A DNA stretch of 64,000 nucleotides from an uncultured Collinsella sp. (GCA_902490325.1 CABUDJ010000001.1:6937-70936), one strand, 5' to 3'; positions 8,499 through 19,204 are shown, numbered from the stretch's first letter. The notes: generated from the letters alone by a model not told the origin. Numbers and translations are program-made.

Positions 8499-8693
8499 CT
8501 AAAACGCCTTCTCGTTCAAGAATTCCCTGAACGCGGGAATGTCAAAGCCAACGAGACCACGCCCGCGCTCTCCAATGACGCCGTCCTCCAGGAGGCGGCG
8601 TTTGTATTGGCTTGCGTAGTTGCTGGCGACGCCCATGCGTTTGGCTATCTCCGAGACCCTGCTGGGGCCAGAATCGAACAGAAGACTGAGGGT
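8499..8693 (-). pseudogene. C-terminal wHTH fragment of an ATP-binding (AAA-type) protein, 5'-truncated
   Basis: Only the tail LSLLFDSGPSRVSEIAKRMGVASNYASQYKRRLLEDGVIGERGRGLVGFDIPAFREFLNEKAF looks protein-like. Upstream of it the frame degenerates and runs into the opposite-strand ATPase gene. Confidence 0.4.
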
Positions 8694-8772
8694 GAAAATC
8701 GGGAGTTCTATTCCCGATTTTGACCGATTTAGGTTTGTGCGAGATAATGAACTCCGAACAGGAGGCGATTCT

Positions 8773-9981
8773 ATGTACATCGAGCGCGAAATTGAACAGA
8801 CGATAGATTCGATGCTGGGGCAGGGAAAAGTTGTCCTGGTGACCGGGGCGCGCCAAGTTGGGAAGACGACGGTTCTCAAGCAACATCTGGGCGACCGATT
8901 CGACTATGTTTCGATGGAGAACCCGCGGGATTATCTTCTTGCAAAAGAGGATGCCGCCCTGTTTTTCGAGTCTCATGATCTGCCGATCATCATCGATGAG
9001 ATTCAGCGCGTGCCTGAGCTTTTTTCTCCGGTGAAGTGGGTTGTTGATCAATCAGAGGAGAAGGGTCGAATCGTCCTCACGGGATCCCAGACATATCACC
9101 TCATGAAAGGTGTGAGCGAATCTTTGGCGGGGAGGATCAGAATTCTGGAGATGCCCTCCCTAAGCTTGCGAGAGCTCGTTGGCGGTTCCCAGAGCCCTCG
9201 TCCGTATATTCCCAAAAAGATTTCCTTGGCCTCTAAGATGTCTTCGGGAAATATTTGGAACATCATCCATAGGGGTTCGATGCCCGAACTGCAAGACCCA
9301 AATATCGATTGGGACTCCTATTATTCCGACTACGTTGCCGCATATCTCGAACGCGATGTTCGCGATCTTGTAAACGTGAAGGATGAAGCGAAGTTCTACA
9401 GCTTTATGGTCGCGTGCGCAGCGAGAACGGGGCAACTGTTGAATGCCACCGATATTGGAAACACCGTTGACGTCGACCGTAAGACGGTAAAGGCTTGGCT
9501 CTCGGTTTTGCAGGCGTCGAACATCGTTCGGATTGTCGAGCCCTTTTGGCCTAATGTCGATAAGCGTCTGACCAAGACCCCAAAGATATTCTTCATGGAC
9601 ACGGGCCTTGTTTGTCATCTTACGAGATGGATAACACCGGAGCAATTGCGCAACGGGGCCGCGGCGGGGCATATATTTGAGACGTTCGTTGTCTCAGAAA
9701 TTTTGAAGAGCTTTATGAATGCGGGGAAGAGCCTTCGTGATGTATGGTTCTACCGGGATCAAAAGAAGCGCGAAATCGATTTGCTCATCCAAGAGGGTCA
9801 TATCTTACATCCCGTCGAGGTGAAGATGTCTGCTACGGTGAGTAGAGACGCGGTGAAGAACTTTACCTGTCTTGACGGCCTATCTGGCTATGAGATCGGG
9901 TTTGGGCACGTTGTCTGTCAAACTCCGGAACCATACCTCATTACCAAGGATGTCCAGGCGGTCCCGGTGTGGAGCATATGA
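8773..9981 (+). CDS. AAA-type ATP-binding protein with DUF4143-like C-terminal domain
   Basis: Walker A is GARQVGKTT and Walker B is PIIIDEIQ. Start at MYIEREIEQ with RBS GGAGGCGA. By eye the gene is more AT-rich than its neighbours. Confidence 0.85.
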   Translation: MYIEREIEQTIDSMLGQGKVVLVTGARQVGKTTVLKQHLGDRFDYVSMENPRDYLLAKEDAALFFESHDLPIIIDEIQRVPELFSPVKWVVDQSEEKGRIVLTGSQTYHLMKGVSESLAGRIRILEMPSLSLRELVGGSQSPRPYIPKKISLASKMSSGNIWNIIHRGSMPELQDPNIDWDSYYSDYVAAYLERDVRDLVNVKDEAKFYSFMVACAARTGQLLNATDIGNTVDVDRKTVKAWLSVLQASNIVRIVEPFWPNVDKRLTKTPKIFFMDTGLVCHLTRWITPEQLRNGAAAGHIFETFVVSEILKSFMNAGKSLRDVWFYRDQKKREIDLLIQEGHILHPVEVKMSATVSRDAVKNFTCLDGLSGYEIGFGHVVCQTPEPYLITKDVQAVPVWSI

Positions 9982-10022
9982 TTTATGTAGCAATGGCGCG
10001 GTCTTGATTGATGGTTACCAAA

Positions 10023-10051
10023 GGATCGCTGATCGCCATGCGTAGTTGCTG
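10023..10051 (+). repeat. right copy of the direct repeat bracketing the ATPase cassette
   Basis: See 8441-8470. Confidence 0.6.
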
Positions 10052-10160
10052 ACTTTGTCGTCTTTGCCTTGCATGTCTAATGGCGGGGCCCGGAGCTCAG
10101 TATTTACTGCGCTCCGGGCCTCGTAGGTTTGTGGCTTGGACCAGCTCGATTGCCGTCGTC

Positions 10161-12401
10161 CTAGTCAAACAAGCTCGGCATGTCGTTTTCCTTCATGAGG
10201 GCACCGGCGGAGGGGAGGCTCTGCGCGGTGAACTTCTCGGCGGAGACGCCGGCGCCGAGGATGTCCTCGGTCGTGCCGACGGTGGTGACCGAGCGGCCCT
10301 TCTTGGCCGTGAAAGCCTGGACGCCCTGCGTGTTGGTGGTCGTCTTGGTCTTGAGCAGCGACGTGTTGAAGTTCATCAGACGGTAGTCGCTCGAGACCAG
10401 CGCGATGTCGCGATCTTCCTTGAGTACCTGGGCATACAGCAGCTTGCTGCCACCGTAAATGGCGTTCTTGAGGCGCTTGCGGTTGGTCTTGGTGACGTAT
10501 CCAGAAAGCGCGACGCGCACCACGCGGCCGTTCTCAAAGACAAACAGCACGTCGGCCTTGTAGTCCTCGGGGTCGATGACCCAGATGACGCTCTCGTCGG
10601 GTTCCATCTCGAGATCGGTCGGCAGGTACGAGCCCAGCTGTGCCGACTTGGTATCCTCAAACGCCGCGACTTTGCACTTATACACCTGGCTCTTGTTGGT
10701 AAACACGAGCAGCTCGTGCGTATTGGAGGACGGGAACTCGATAAAGGGTTTGTCGCCGTCCTTGTACTTGAGCGTGGTCGCCTTCTTGAGCACGCGGTCC
10801 GTCATCTTCTTAAGATAGCCATCGCGCGAGAGCATGATGGTAACCGGGTACTCCTCGACCTCGGGCTCCAGGCTTACCTCGATGACCTCGTGGGGCTCGA
10901 TCCTGCCCGTGCGGCGCGGCATCACGTACTTCTTGTTGACCGCGGCCAGCTCGTCGCTGATGACCTTCTTGATGTTCTCCTCGCTGGAGAGGATCTCCTC
11001 AAGCTCGGCAATCTCGCCCTCAAGCTTGGCAATGTCCTTGGTGCGGTTGAGGATGTACTCCTCGTTGATGTTGCGGAGCTTAAGCTCGGCAACAAACTCG
11101 GCCTGGGTCTCGTCGATGTCGAAACCCTTCATAAGGTTGGGCACGACCTCGGCTTCGAGCTTGGTGCCGCGGATGATGGCGATGGCCTTGTCGATGTCGA
11201 GCAAGATCGCCTCGAGGCCGTGCAGCAGGTGCAGGCGCTCGGACTTTTTGCCCAGGTCAAAGTTAATGCGGCGACGCGTGGACTCAATACGCCACTTGAC
11301 CCACTCGTGCAGAATCTGGCGCACGCCCATAACGCGAGGGTAACCATCGACCAGCACGTTGAAGTTGCACGAGAACGAATCCTGCAGCGTGGTCGAGCGA
11401 TAGAGCTTGGCCATGAGCTTGTCGGGGTCGACGCCGCGCTTAAGGTCGATGGCGATGCGCAGACCCGAAAGGTCGGTCTCATCGCGGATGTCGGCGATCT
11501 CCTTGACCTTGCCCTCCTTGGAGAGCTTGACGATGCGCTCGATGATGACATCGGTCTTGGTGGTGTAGGGAATCTCGTACACCTCGATGATGCGCTCTTC
11601 GGGAATCCAGCGCCAGCGGGAGCGAATCTGGAAGCTGCCAAGGCCGGTCTCGATGATCTTCTCCATCTCCTCGCGACGGTAGATAATCTCGCCGCCGGTC
11701 GAGAAGTCGGGCATGGGCATGTACTCGAGCAGGTCGCAGTCGGGATCCTGCAGGTAGTGCATGGTGGCAGTACAGACCTCGTTGAGGTTGAAGCCGCAGA
11801 TGTCGGATGCCATGGCGACGCCGATGCCCTTATTGGCCGAGACAAGGATGTTGGGAAACGTGGTGGGCAGCAGGCGCGGCTCCTTCATGGCGCCGTCGTA
11901 GCTGTCGACGAAGTCGACCGGATCCTTGTCGATGTCCTTGAAGATCTCGGCGCTGATGGGGGAGAGCTTGGCCTCGGTATAACGCGAGGCGGCGTAGCTC
12001 AGGTCGCCCGAATAGTACTTGCCAAAGTTGCCCTTCGACTCTACGAAGGGGGCAAGCAGCGCTTCGTTGCCCGTCGCCAGGCGCACCATCGTCTCGTAGA
12101 TCGCGGCGTCGCCGTGCGGGTTGAGCTTCATGGTCTGACCCACGATGTTGGCGCTCTTCTGGCGTTCGCCCTTGAGCAGACCCATCTTGTACATGGTGTA
12201 GAGCAGCTTGCGGTGCGAGGGCTTAAAACCGTCGATCTCGGGGAACGCACGCGAGACGTTGACGCTCATGGCGTAGGGCATGTAGTTGACCTCGAGCGTC
12301 TGCGTGATCGGCTGGTCGGTGACCTCGGAGTGCAGGCCGATGACGTTTTCGGCGTTGACCTGCTTTTTCTTTGGCTGGTTCTTCGTCTTCTTCTTTGCCA
12401 C
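10161..12401 (-). CDS. DNA gyrase/topoisomerase IV subunit A (type IIA topoisomerase; its short length is ParC-like)
   Basis: Motifs KPSHRKLLY, NPHGDAAIYETMVRL and the catalytic AASRYTEAKL are present. It lies immediately downstream of the B subunit. Confidence 0.95.
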   Translation of the reverse strand: MAKKKTKNQPKKKQVNAENVIGLHSEVTDQPITQTLEVNYMPYAMSVNVSRAFPEIDGFKPSHRKLLYTMYKMGLLKGERQKSANIVGQTMKLNPHGDAAIYETMVRLATGNEALLAPFVESKGNFGKYYSGDLSYAASRYTEAKLSPISAEIFKDIDKDPVDFVDSYDGAMKEPRLLPTTFPNILVSANKGIGVAMASDICGFNLNEVCTATMHYLQDPDCDLLEYMPMPDFSTGGEIIYRREEMEKIIETGLGSFQIRSRWRWIPEERIIEVYEIPYTTKTDVIIERIVKLSKEGKVKEIADIRDETDLSGLRIAIDLKRGVDPDKLMAKLYRSTTLQDSFSCNFNVLVDGYPRVMGVRQILHEWVKWRIESTRRRINFDLGKKSERLHLLHGLEAILLDIDKAIAIIRGTKLEAEVVPNLMKGFDIDETQAEFVAELKLRNINEEYILNRTKDIAKLEGEIAELEEILSSEENIKKVISDELAAVNKKYVMPRRTGRIEPHEVIEVSLEPEVEEYPVTIMLSRDGYLKKMTDRVLKKATTLKYKDGDKPFIEFPSSNTHELLVFTNKSQVYKCKVAAFEDTKSAQLGSYLPTDLEMEPDESVIWVIDPEDYKADVLFVFENGRVVRVALSGYVTKTNRKRLKNAIYGGSKLLYAQVLKEDRDIALVSSDYRLMNFNTSLLKTKTTTNTQGVQAFTAKKGRSVTTVGTTEDILGAGVSAEKFTAQSLPSAGALMKENDMPSLFD

Positions 12402-12446
12402 GATTTCCTCTTGAACTTCTTATGGGCCGTCGTTATCGATTTGCTG

Positions 12447-14444
12447 CTATTGCAGGTCCAGCTGGTCCAGATATTCCTTGCCGTGCTCGGAGATATGGCG
12501 CTTGCGGCCTGCCTCGTCGTTGCCCAGCAACAGGTTGAACATGGTTTCCATCTTGGTGACGTCCTCGGGCTCCACCTTGATCAGACGACGCGTCTCGGGA
12601 TTCATGGTGGTGAGCCACATCATGTCCGGGTCGTTCTCACCAAGACCCTTGGAGCGGTTGATGGAGCACTTTTGGTCGCCAATCTCCTTGAGGATGCCGT
12701 TCTTCTCGAGCTCGGTGTAGGCAAAGTAGGTCTTTTCTTTGCAGTTGATCTCGTAGAGCGGCGACTCGGCGATATACACGTAGCCTTCGTCGATAAGTGT
12801 TGGAACCAGGCGGTAAAGCATGGTGAGCACGAGCGTGCGGATGTGGTAACCGTCGACGTCGGCGTCCGTACAGATGATGACCTTGTTCCAGTTGAGGTTG
12901 TCCAGGTCAAAGGCACCAAGGTTTTTGATGCGCTTGTCCTTGATCTCCACGCCGCAGCCCAGCACGCGCATGAGGTCCATGATGATGTCGGACTTAAAGA
13001 TGCGCGGATAGTCTTCCTTCAGGCAGTTGAGGATTTTACCGCGGACGGGCATAACGCCCTGGAACTCGGCATCGCGCGAGGTGCGAATGGCGCCTGCTGC
13101 CGAGTCGCCCTCTACGATGTAGATCTCGCGGCGGCTCTTGTCCTTGGAGCGGCAGTCGATGAACTTCTGCACGCGGTTGGCCATGTCGGTCTTCTGCTGT
13201 AGGTTGGTCTTGATGCTCTGACGCGTCTTCTCGGCGTTCTCGCGCGAACGCTTGTTGATGAGCACCTGCTCCATGATCTTGTTGGCAGCGTCTTTGTTCT
13301 CGATTAGGTAGGTCGAGAGCCGCTCCTTAAAGAAGGCCGTCATAGCCTGCTGGATAAAGCGGTTGTTGATGGCCTTCTTGGTCTGGTTTTCATAGGACGT
13401 CTGGGTGGAGAAGCAGTTGGTCACCAGCACCAGACAGTCCTGGACGTCCTGCCACTTAATGCCGCTCTCGTTTTTGTTGTATTTGCCCTGTTGCTTAATG
13501 TAGGCATCGATGGCGCTGGTCAGAGCGCTGCGGGCCGCCTTCTCGGGTGAGCCACCGTTCTCGAGCCACGATGAGTTGTGGTAGTACTCCTGCATCGTGA
13601 AAGTGCGCGAGAAGCACATGCACGCGGTGATTTTTACGTTGTAATCGGGCAGGTCCTCGCGATCGCGACCGCGACGATCGGCCTCGATAAAGAAGGGCTC
13701 GGTGAGGTAGTCGGTACCGACCTTCTCGAGCACGTAGTCCTCGATGCCCTTTGGATAGCAAAAATCCTCTTCGGTAAACTCGCCGTCGTCGCCCTCAATA
13801 CGCAGGCGGAAGGTCACGTTGGCGTTGACCACGGCTTGGCGGCGCATGGTCTCGCGATACCAATCGTGGGGGATGCTGATGGAGGTAAAGACCTCAAGAT
13901 CGGGGCGCCATTTGATGGTGGTGCCGGTACGGTCCTCGTCGCTGGGCTCAATCTCGAGTGCCTTCTTTTTGGCACCGACGACCTTGCCCTTCTTAAAGTG
14001 CAGGGAGTACTTGTTGCCGTCGCGCCAAACCGTGACGTCCATGTATTCGGAGGCGTACTGGGTCGCGCAGGAGCCCAGGCCGTTGGTGCCGAGCGAGAAG
14101 TCGTAGTCGCCGCCCTGGTTATTGTTGTATTTGCCGCCGGCGTAGAGCTCGCAAAAGACGAGTTCCCAGTTAAAGCGCTTCTCGGAGGGGTTCCAGTCGA
14201 GCGGGCAGCCGCGGCCGTTGTCCTCTACCTGAATGGAACCATCGCGAAAGGCGGTAAGGGTGATGAGCTTGCCGTAGCCCTGGCGCGCCTCGTCAACGGC
14301 GTTGGACAGGATCTCGAAGGCGGCATGCGCGCAGCCGTCGAGTCCGTCCGAGCCAAAGATGACGGCGGGGCGCAGGCGTACGCGCTCCTCGTCCTTGAGC
14401 TGGCGGATACTGTCGTTACCATAGTTTGCGGTGTTTTTTGCCAT
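12447..14444 (-). CDS. DNA gyrase/topoisomerase IV subunit B (type IIA topoisomerase ATPase subunit)
   Basis: GHKL ATPase N-terminus, TOPRIM motif YIVEGDSAAG, MPVRGKILN and GLGENDPD. Confidence 0.95.
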   Translation of the reverse strand: MAKNTANYGNDSIRQLKDEERVRLRPAVIFGSDGLDGCAHAAFEILSNAVDEARQGYGKLITLTAFRDGSIQVEDNGRGCPLDWNPSEKRFNWELVFCELYAGGKYNNNQGGDYDFSLGTNGLGSCATQYASEYMDVTVWRDGNKYSLHFKKGKVVGAKKKALEIEPSDEDRTGTTIKWRPDLEVFTSISIPHDWYRETMRRQAVVNANVTFRLRIEGDDGEFTEEDFCYPKGIEDYVLEKVGTDYLTEPFFIEADRRGRDREDLPDYNVKITACMCFSRTFTMQEYYHNSSWLENGGSPEKAARSALTSAIDAYIKQQGKYNKNESGIKWQDVQDCLVLVTNCFSTQTSYENQTKKAINNRFIQQAMTAFFKERLSTYLIENKDAANKIMEQVLINKRSRENAEKTRQSIKTNLQQKTDMANRVQKFIDCRSKDKSRREIYIVEGDSAAGAIRTSRDAEFQGVMPVRGKILNCLKEDYPRIFKSDIIMDLMRVLGCGVEIKDKRIKNLGAFDLDNLNWNKVIICTDADVDGYHIRTLVLTMLYRLVPTLIDEGYVYIAESPLYEINCKEKTYFAYTELEKNGILKEIGDQKCSINRSKGLGENDPDMMWLTTMNPETRRLIKVEPEDVTKMETMFNLLLGNDEAGRKRHISEHGKEYLDQLDLQ

Positions 14445-14750
14445 ACTCGCTCTCTCGGTGCTCCTTTGCTGCGTTTAAGTCATATAGATAGTCAAGGTAG
14501 CATAGCCCAGCCCATAGGCGATTCCAACCAACACGAAATCCATCGAACAATCGTTCGGAGTTCGATGGAGATTCGTTTACTCGGACAAAACCGAGTCGGC
14601 TCTGTCCGAGTAAGTTTGAAGACGGCCGAATGTGTCTTGCTGCGTTTGCGGTTGGATACGCTGTCGAAGACATGTCGTGCGGATTGTTGGCGAAAAGACG
14701 CCGTGCCAAGCTCGAGGCAGAACTCGACTCCCCTGATGATATCTAATGCG

Positions 14751-14789
14751 AAATGGGCTGGCTCTGGGTATCCAGAACCAGCCCATTTT
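14751..14789. terminator. hairpin downstream of the large surface-protein gene
   Basis: AAATGGGCTGGCTCTGG pairs with CCAGAACCAGCCCATTT, with flanking T and A runs. Confidence 0.45.
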
Positions 14790-14836
14790 GATGTTCAATG
14801 AGCCGAGTCGGCGTCTCTCACAAAAGTAACTAGGAG

Positions 14837-17800
14837 CTAGCGAGGCCTATCCGAATTGACCTCATTGGCGGTGTCGGTTTCGAGCGCCGTGCGGCGGGCG
14901 CTGTAGGCGACGAGGCCGGCACCAGCTGCGGCGAGTGCTGCAGCGGCTGCCATGAGGGGAGCGTTGACATCGCTCGTGCCGGCGAGCGGGCCCGCTTTTC
15001 CGGGGCGCTTGTTATTGCCGTGATCCTTGCCGCTGCCAGAGCCACTGCCGCTACCGGAGCTGCTTCCGCCGGAGCCACCTCCACTCGTGCCGCCCTCGCC
15101 GTCGACCGTCATCGGTGCATCGTGAAGCCCCGTCGTATCCGCGTTGTCGCATACGCCGACCTGAACTTCTGAGCGTTCGCATGCCGCGTCGGGCACATGA
15201 AGCTCGTGCAGCACGGCACCCAGCGCCGAGTTTGCGCCCGGTCGAATTTCCTCGAGCGTTACGGGATCGAGCGCCACCAGATTACGCGCCTTCGCATACA
15301 GCGTTACGCGTTTGCCCACTTCGTCGCTCCAACTCTCGGGGATGGCGAAGCTCATGCGGAACTGTGCCGTGCAACCTGGTGCCAGCACGGCGTTGCCACT
15401 GTCGGCTACCAGTGGGTGCGTTGCAAAAGGTGTGCCCAGCGTTTCGAGCGCGTACTTCACGTGTGTCATGTCGTTGGCCGAAGCGTCCTCGGCAAGCTCT
15501 GGATCGTAGATCGACGCCATGCGTGTGTTCGCTCCGAACCCGATGGATGCGCTGGAGAACGGCTGGCTGGAGCCCTCTCGGTACAGATCGATCGTGCCGG
15601 CGGTCAGCAAGGTGTTGCCGTCGTTTCGCACCGTGACCATGAAGGATTCGCCTGCTGCTCCAGGCACCACCGCGCCCGAGGTAGCGACTGCGCCCGTCGG
15701 AGTGGCACACGCCACCAAGGGTACTTCGATGCCGTGCAGCTCTGCCTCGCTCTTCTCCGCGCTCACAATGTGCGTAGCGAGCGCGGAGAGCATGCTCCCC
15801 GACGTCAAAAATGTCGTTATCTGATCGACGGGATGGTCCAGCTCGCACATCACGAACGGCTCCGTAAACAGATCGTCTGCCAAGGTGCTGGCGAAGATGC
15901 GGAAGTGCTTGCCCATCACTGCTACCGGGTTGCCTTCTTCGTCGTAGGTTTGTCCCACCTTACCATCGGTGTTCTCTACATAGAGCACGCACCTGCCGTT
16001 GTTGCTTACGCTAAACGATGCCGGGCCACAGCCTGCGGCACCCACGGGCTGCGTTGCAAATGCCGATGCGCCTCGTGCCCAAGTAATATGCTGCAGTTGC
16101 TCGTTGACGGTAGCCAAAAAGCCCGTGTGCTGCGGCCACGGCACCGCGTGGGGTACTGTAGCATCTGGTGACATAACGCCCCAGCCCGCAATGGACTGGC
16201 CGATCACGGCGTACGATGCACAGCCACAACCGCCTGCAGTCTCGTATGCAACGGGCACCACCATTTTGCCGTTGATATTCTCGGGCGCGCCGAGCTCGAT
16301 GCTCGACGGTGCCTGCGGAAAGCGGAGGACCTGACGGAACGTGAGACTGTCGCCCGAAACGTCCGACCACAGGGTAAAGCACTCCAGCGCAACCTCGGCC
16401 TCGCTGCCGAGCGCCTTTTCTGCGGTGGTTCCGCGGCGGTGGAGGTAGGCGCCCGACAGGCGCCCGTCGACAAGTGTCTTGCCCACCGTGATGCGTGGGC
16501 ACTGCAGGCAATGGTAGCCATCCTCCTGAAGGCGGCCGCGCGAGATGCTGCGCCACGACGTGTGCGATATCACGCGGGTCTCGTCACTACTTATGCGCAG
16601 GCGCACAACGGACAGTATGCCGGATGTGCTCGCCGTATCGAAAAGGGTGTTGTCGCCGGCGGGGCGCTCGCCCGAGACCAGCAGCACGTAGGCGTCCTGG
16701 TTTCCCCTCCCGTCTGTATATTCCACCACGTCGAAGTCGTAATCGAATATGCCGTCGCGCTCCACATCGCCCTCGCCAAACCCAAGGGGGAAGTCCACGG
16801 GCGTGGGAGCGGACCACGTGCCGTTCGTCTTTGTATGCACCACCAGGCGCGAACGACCATTCTCGCCGTAGCGCACCGAGGCGATACGGAATAGGCACTC
16901 CACGCCGGCAACCATTGCCAGCTTCATGTGAGCTTCGCTGAGCACGCCGGAAAACAGCACGTTGTCGCTCGAGGGTTTTATGCCGCCACGCTCGTCCTCC
17001 GACACGCCGGCAGAATTGGCGTTCGGATCAGCGACGGCGTTCGTTGCCTGACCGATGTAGGTGTACTCATACATCGGCGCGGCGTTTTCGTCGTTCTCTA
17101 TCAGTGCATGGACGAAATGCTCGATTTGTCCCGTGTCGTCGCTCTCCGCGTCTGCCTCGAGCTCAATGCGCGTGACCGCCCGGTCCCAATCGCGTACGGT
17201 AGGCGCGACGTTTATCGCGGTGGCTGCAACCTCGGCGCGCGCGAGCAGCTCGGCGTTGGTGACAATGGTGGCCGATGCGATAAATTGCGGAACGCCGCCC
17301 GCCTCGATGTTGCCGGGCGTGCCGAAGCGGGCATCCAGCGTGTAAGGCGTATCTCCTCCCAATGCGAGCTTAGAGCGCTGGAGCACATACTGATCGCCAT
17401 TGTTCACCGACATATTCCACGAATCGATGAGTGTGGGCCACGACCCCGACCAAGCCTTGGTGGTCCACTTGAACATTACGAACTGGAGTATCACGTCGAC
17501 ATCGACGTCTGCACCTACGCGCAGCCGCGGAAGCTGGTGTCCATCTGCCTTCTCGTACCCAATGAACAGCGTGAGGGATGCGGCGCCGCGCACGGCAGAC
17601 GAAGCGACGCCTGCAACGCCGGCTCCAAAGGTGACGGCAAGCCCGATCTGGATAGTGAATGAGCCCGACGTGTTGGAATAGTCGAGCGAAATGTTTTTAA
17701 AAAACGCCGCGCCGCTGCCGTGCGTGTGGGCACCCACGGCGAGTGCCAGTTTTGCCAGCACCCAGGGGTTGACGTTCAGGAAAAACGGCACCGGTCCTAG

Positions 17801-19204
17801 GGTAAACTGCTCGGTCCAATTGAGATCGGTTCTTACCTGAAAGAGGGCCTTAATATTGCCGTATGCGGGGTCGTTGTTGTTGCCCCAGGTTTTGCCCACC
17901 CAATCGTAGGCGAGCGAGCCGTACAGCTGTGTGGCGATATCCATCGTGAACAGCGGCGTGCAATGGTGGCGAAGGAGCTTGGTGTTTCTTGGATCGGTGC
18001 CCGAACCGGCACTCATGCTTTTGTACTGATTCCACTTCCCCTCCATCTCGTCGAGGTAGCGGTTTGCCTGCTTGGCGCCCGACTCACGCGGTGACTTCTT
18101 CCAGTACTCCGGATCCGGATTGCCCGAATCGTTCATATAGCTGGCTGGTTTGTATCCTCCGCCAAACAGCACGTATCCAGCAAACGAGAAATCGAAGAGG
18201 ATCGGAAATGTGGGCATCCAGCACGTGAACTTATTGCCGCCGATGCCGGGAAACGCCGCGGGGAAATCAAACGGAGCGATCTCTTGGTCCATGGTAGTAG
18301 GAATGATGGTGGTCGAGCCCGATTCTGCCTTTGCCGCCGGCGCAGTGACAACGGCCATGGGGGAGGAGAGCGTGTAGGTCTTGCCCTGGTAGTCGAGGAC
18401 AAAGCGCAGCTTGCATCCTTCTTCCAGAAGGCTCGATGCCACGTCGAGGAACTTGTCTTCGAGCGTGAACGTCGCCAGATTATCCGCGCCCGATGCGCTG
18501 GCCTTGACTTGGCCAATCTGCGTGACGGTTTCGGATGAGCTGCCCGCAGCGGGCATCACTTTATTGATATGCAACGTTGCCTGCCCGCCCTGCGGCAGAT
18601 GGGCCTGCACGGTAAAAGCGTGCGTGTCGGGCTGATCGTTTGCTGCTTCGTCCGCTGGCAATGCCATGAACGTGGCTTCAGCGTACTGGATGTCCCATTC
18701 GTCGAATGTGAGCTGGCGGAAGTACGGCTCGCTATCGGAGCGCGGACGCGTGGGCGCGGTTATGGCGGTGCCGCCCTGGATACGCGCAAGGGGAATCTCG
18801 ACATCACGGTAGCCCGCCATGCTAATGGAGATGCCGCCGTTAAAGTCGTACGCGTCGAGAAGCGTTGCCTCGTCCGCGTAGCCTTCCGAAAGAGGGGCGA
18901 TCTCAAAGATGGCTGTGCCTTCTTCATCGGTCGTGGCGGTGAGCTGCTTGCCTGCGGCATAGCGCGATGTGAGCGTGACCTGGGCACCTGTGATGGGCGT
19001 ATTCTTGTTGGCGACGTCGACCACGACCACACCAAACATGGTGCGCGAGAGAACGAGCACCCTGAAGGGGTCTTTTTCGTCGGCATAGGCTTCGGTGGGC
19101 GCGATCGGCAATATGAAGGCGTTTGCGCTTCCCGGCACGCGCGGCAACATAATGCTCGCCAGCGAGGACGCTCCGGCAACAAGTAGCGAACGGCGATCAA
19201 GCAT
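14837..19204 (-). CDS. large (1455 aa) secreted, cell-surface-anchored protein of unknown function
   Basis: Start chosen at MLDRRSLLVAGASS (twin-arginine-type signal, ANA-F cleavage-like site), with RBS GGGATGGGAG. A carboxypeptidase-regulatory-like beta segment lies near the N-terminus. The C-terminus has a Gly/Ser linker (SGGGSGGSSSGSGSGSGSG), then PLAGTS (LPxTG/LAxTG-like), then a hydrophobic helix and a basic tail. Confidence 0.8.
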   Translation of the reverse strand: MLDRRSLLVAGASSLASIMLPRVPGSANAFILPIAPTEAYADEKDPFRVLVLSRTMFGVVVVDVANKNTPITGAQVTLTSRYAAGKQLTATTDEEGTAIFEIAPLSEGYADEATLLDAYDFNGGISISMAGYRDVEIPLARIQGGTAITAPTRPRSDSEPYFRQLTFDEWDIQYAEATFMALPADEAANDQPDTHAFTVQAHLPQGGQATLHINKVMPAAGSSSETVTQIGQVKASASGADNLATFTLEDKFLDVASSLLEEGCKLRFVLDYQGKTYTLSSPMAVVTAPAAKAESGSTTIIPTTMDQEIAPFDFPAAFPGIGGNKFTCWMPTFPILFDFSFAGYVLFGGGYKPASYMNDSGNPDPEYWKKSPRESGAKQANRYLDEMEGKWNQYKSMSAGSGTDPRNTKLLRHHCTPLFTMDIATQLYGSLAYDWVGKTWGNNNDPAYGNIKALFQVRTDLNWTEQFTLGPVPFFLNVNPWVLAKLALAVGAHTHGSGAAFFKNISLDYSNTSGSFTIQIGLAVTFGAGVAGVASSAVRGAASLTLFIGYEKADGHQLPRLRVGADVDVDVILQFVMFKWTTKAWSGSWPTLIDSWNMSVNNGDQYVLQRSKLALGGDTPYTLDARFGTPGNIEAGGVPQFIASATIVTNAELLARAEVAATAINVAPTVRDWDRAVTRIELEADAESDDTGQIEHFVHALIENDENAAPMYEYTYIGQATNAVADPNANSAGVSEDERGGIKPSSDNVLFSGVLSEAHMKLAMVAGVECLFRIASVRYGENGRSRLVVHTKTNGTWSAPTPVDFPLGFGEGDVERDGIFDYDFDVVEYTDGRGNQDAYVLLVSGERPAGDNTLFDTASTSGILSVVRLRISSDETRVISHTSWRSISRGRLQEDGYHCLQCPRITVGKTLVDGRLSGAYLHRRGTTAEKALGSEAEVALECFTLWSDVSGDSLTFRQVLRFPQAPSSIELGAPENINGKMVVPVAYETAGGCGCASYAVIGQSIAGWGVMSPDATVPHAVPWPQHTGFLATVNEQLQHITWARGASAFATQPVGAAGCGPASFSVSNNGRCVLYVENTDGKVGQTYDEEGNPVAVMGKHFRIFASTLADDLFTEPFVMCELDHPVDQITTFLTSGSMLSALATHIVSAEKSEAELHGIEVPLVACATPTGAVATSGAVVPGAAGESFMVTVRNDGNTLLTAGTIDLYREGSSQPFSSASIGFGANTRMASIYDPELAEDASANDMTHVKYALETLGTPFATHPLVADSGNAVLAPGCTAQFRMSFAIPESWSDEVGKRVTLYAKARNLVALDPVTLEEIRPGANSALGAVLHELHVPDAACERSEVQVGVCDNADTTGLHDAPMTVDGEGGTSGGGSGGSSSGSGSGSGSGKDHGNNKRPGKAGPLAGTSDVNAPLMAAAAALAAAGAGLVAYSARRTALETDTANEVNSDRPR

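Noticed and set aside
10080-13202. 1040-aa ORF on the + strand
   Set aside because: It is antisense to the clearly recognisable topoisomerase A and B subunit genes. Its translation is low-complexity (L/V/G/D/A-rich), as expected from the reverse frame of a high-GC gene, and it has no RBS.
13578-14801. 407-aa + strand ORF
   Set aside because: It is antisense to the 5' half of the topoisomerase B subunit gene and runs on into its upstream leader. It is a shadow ORF.
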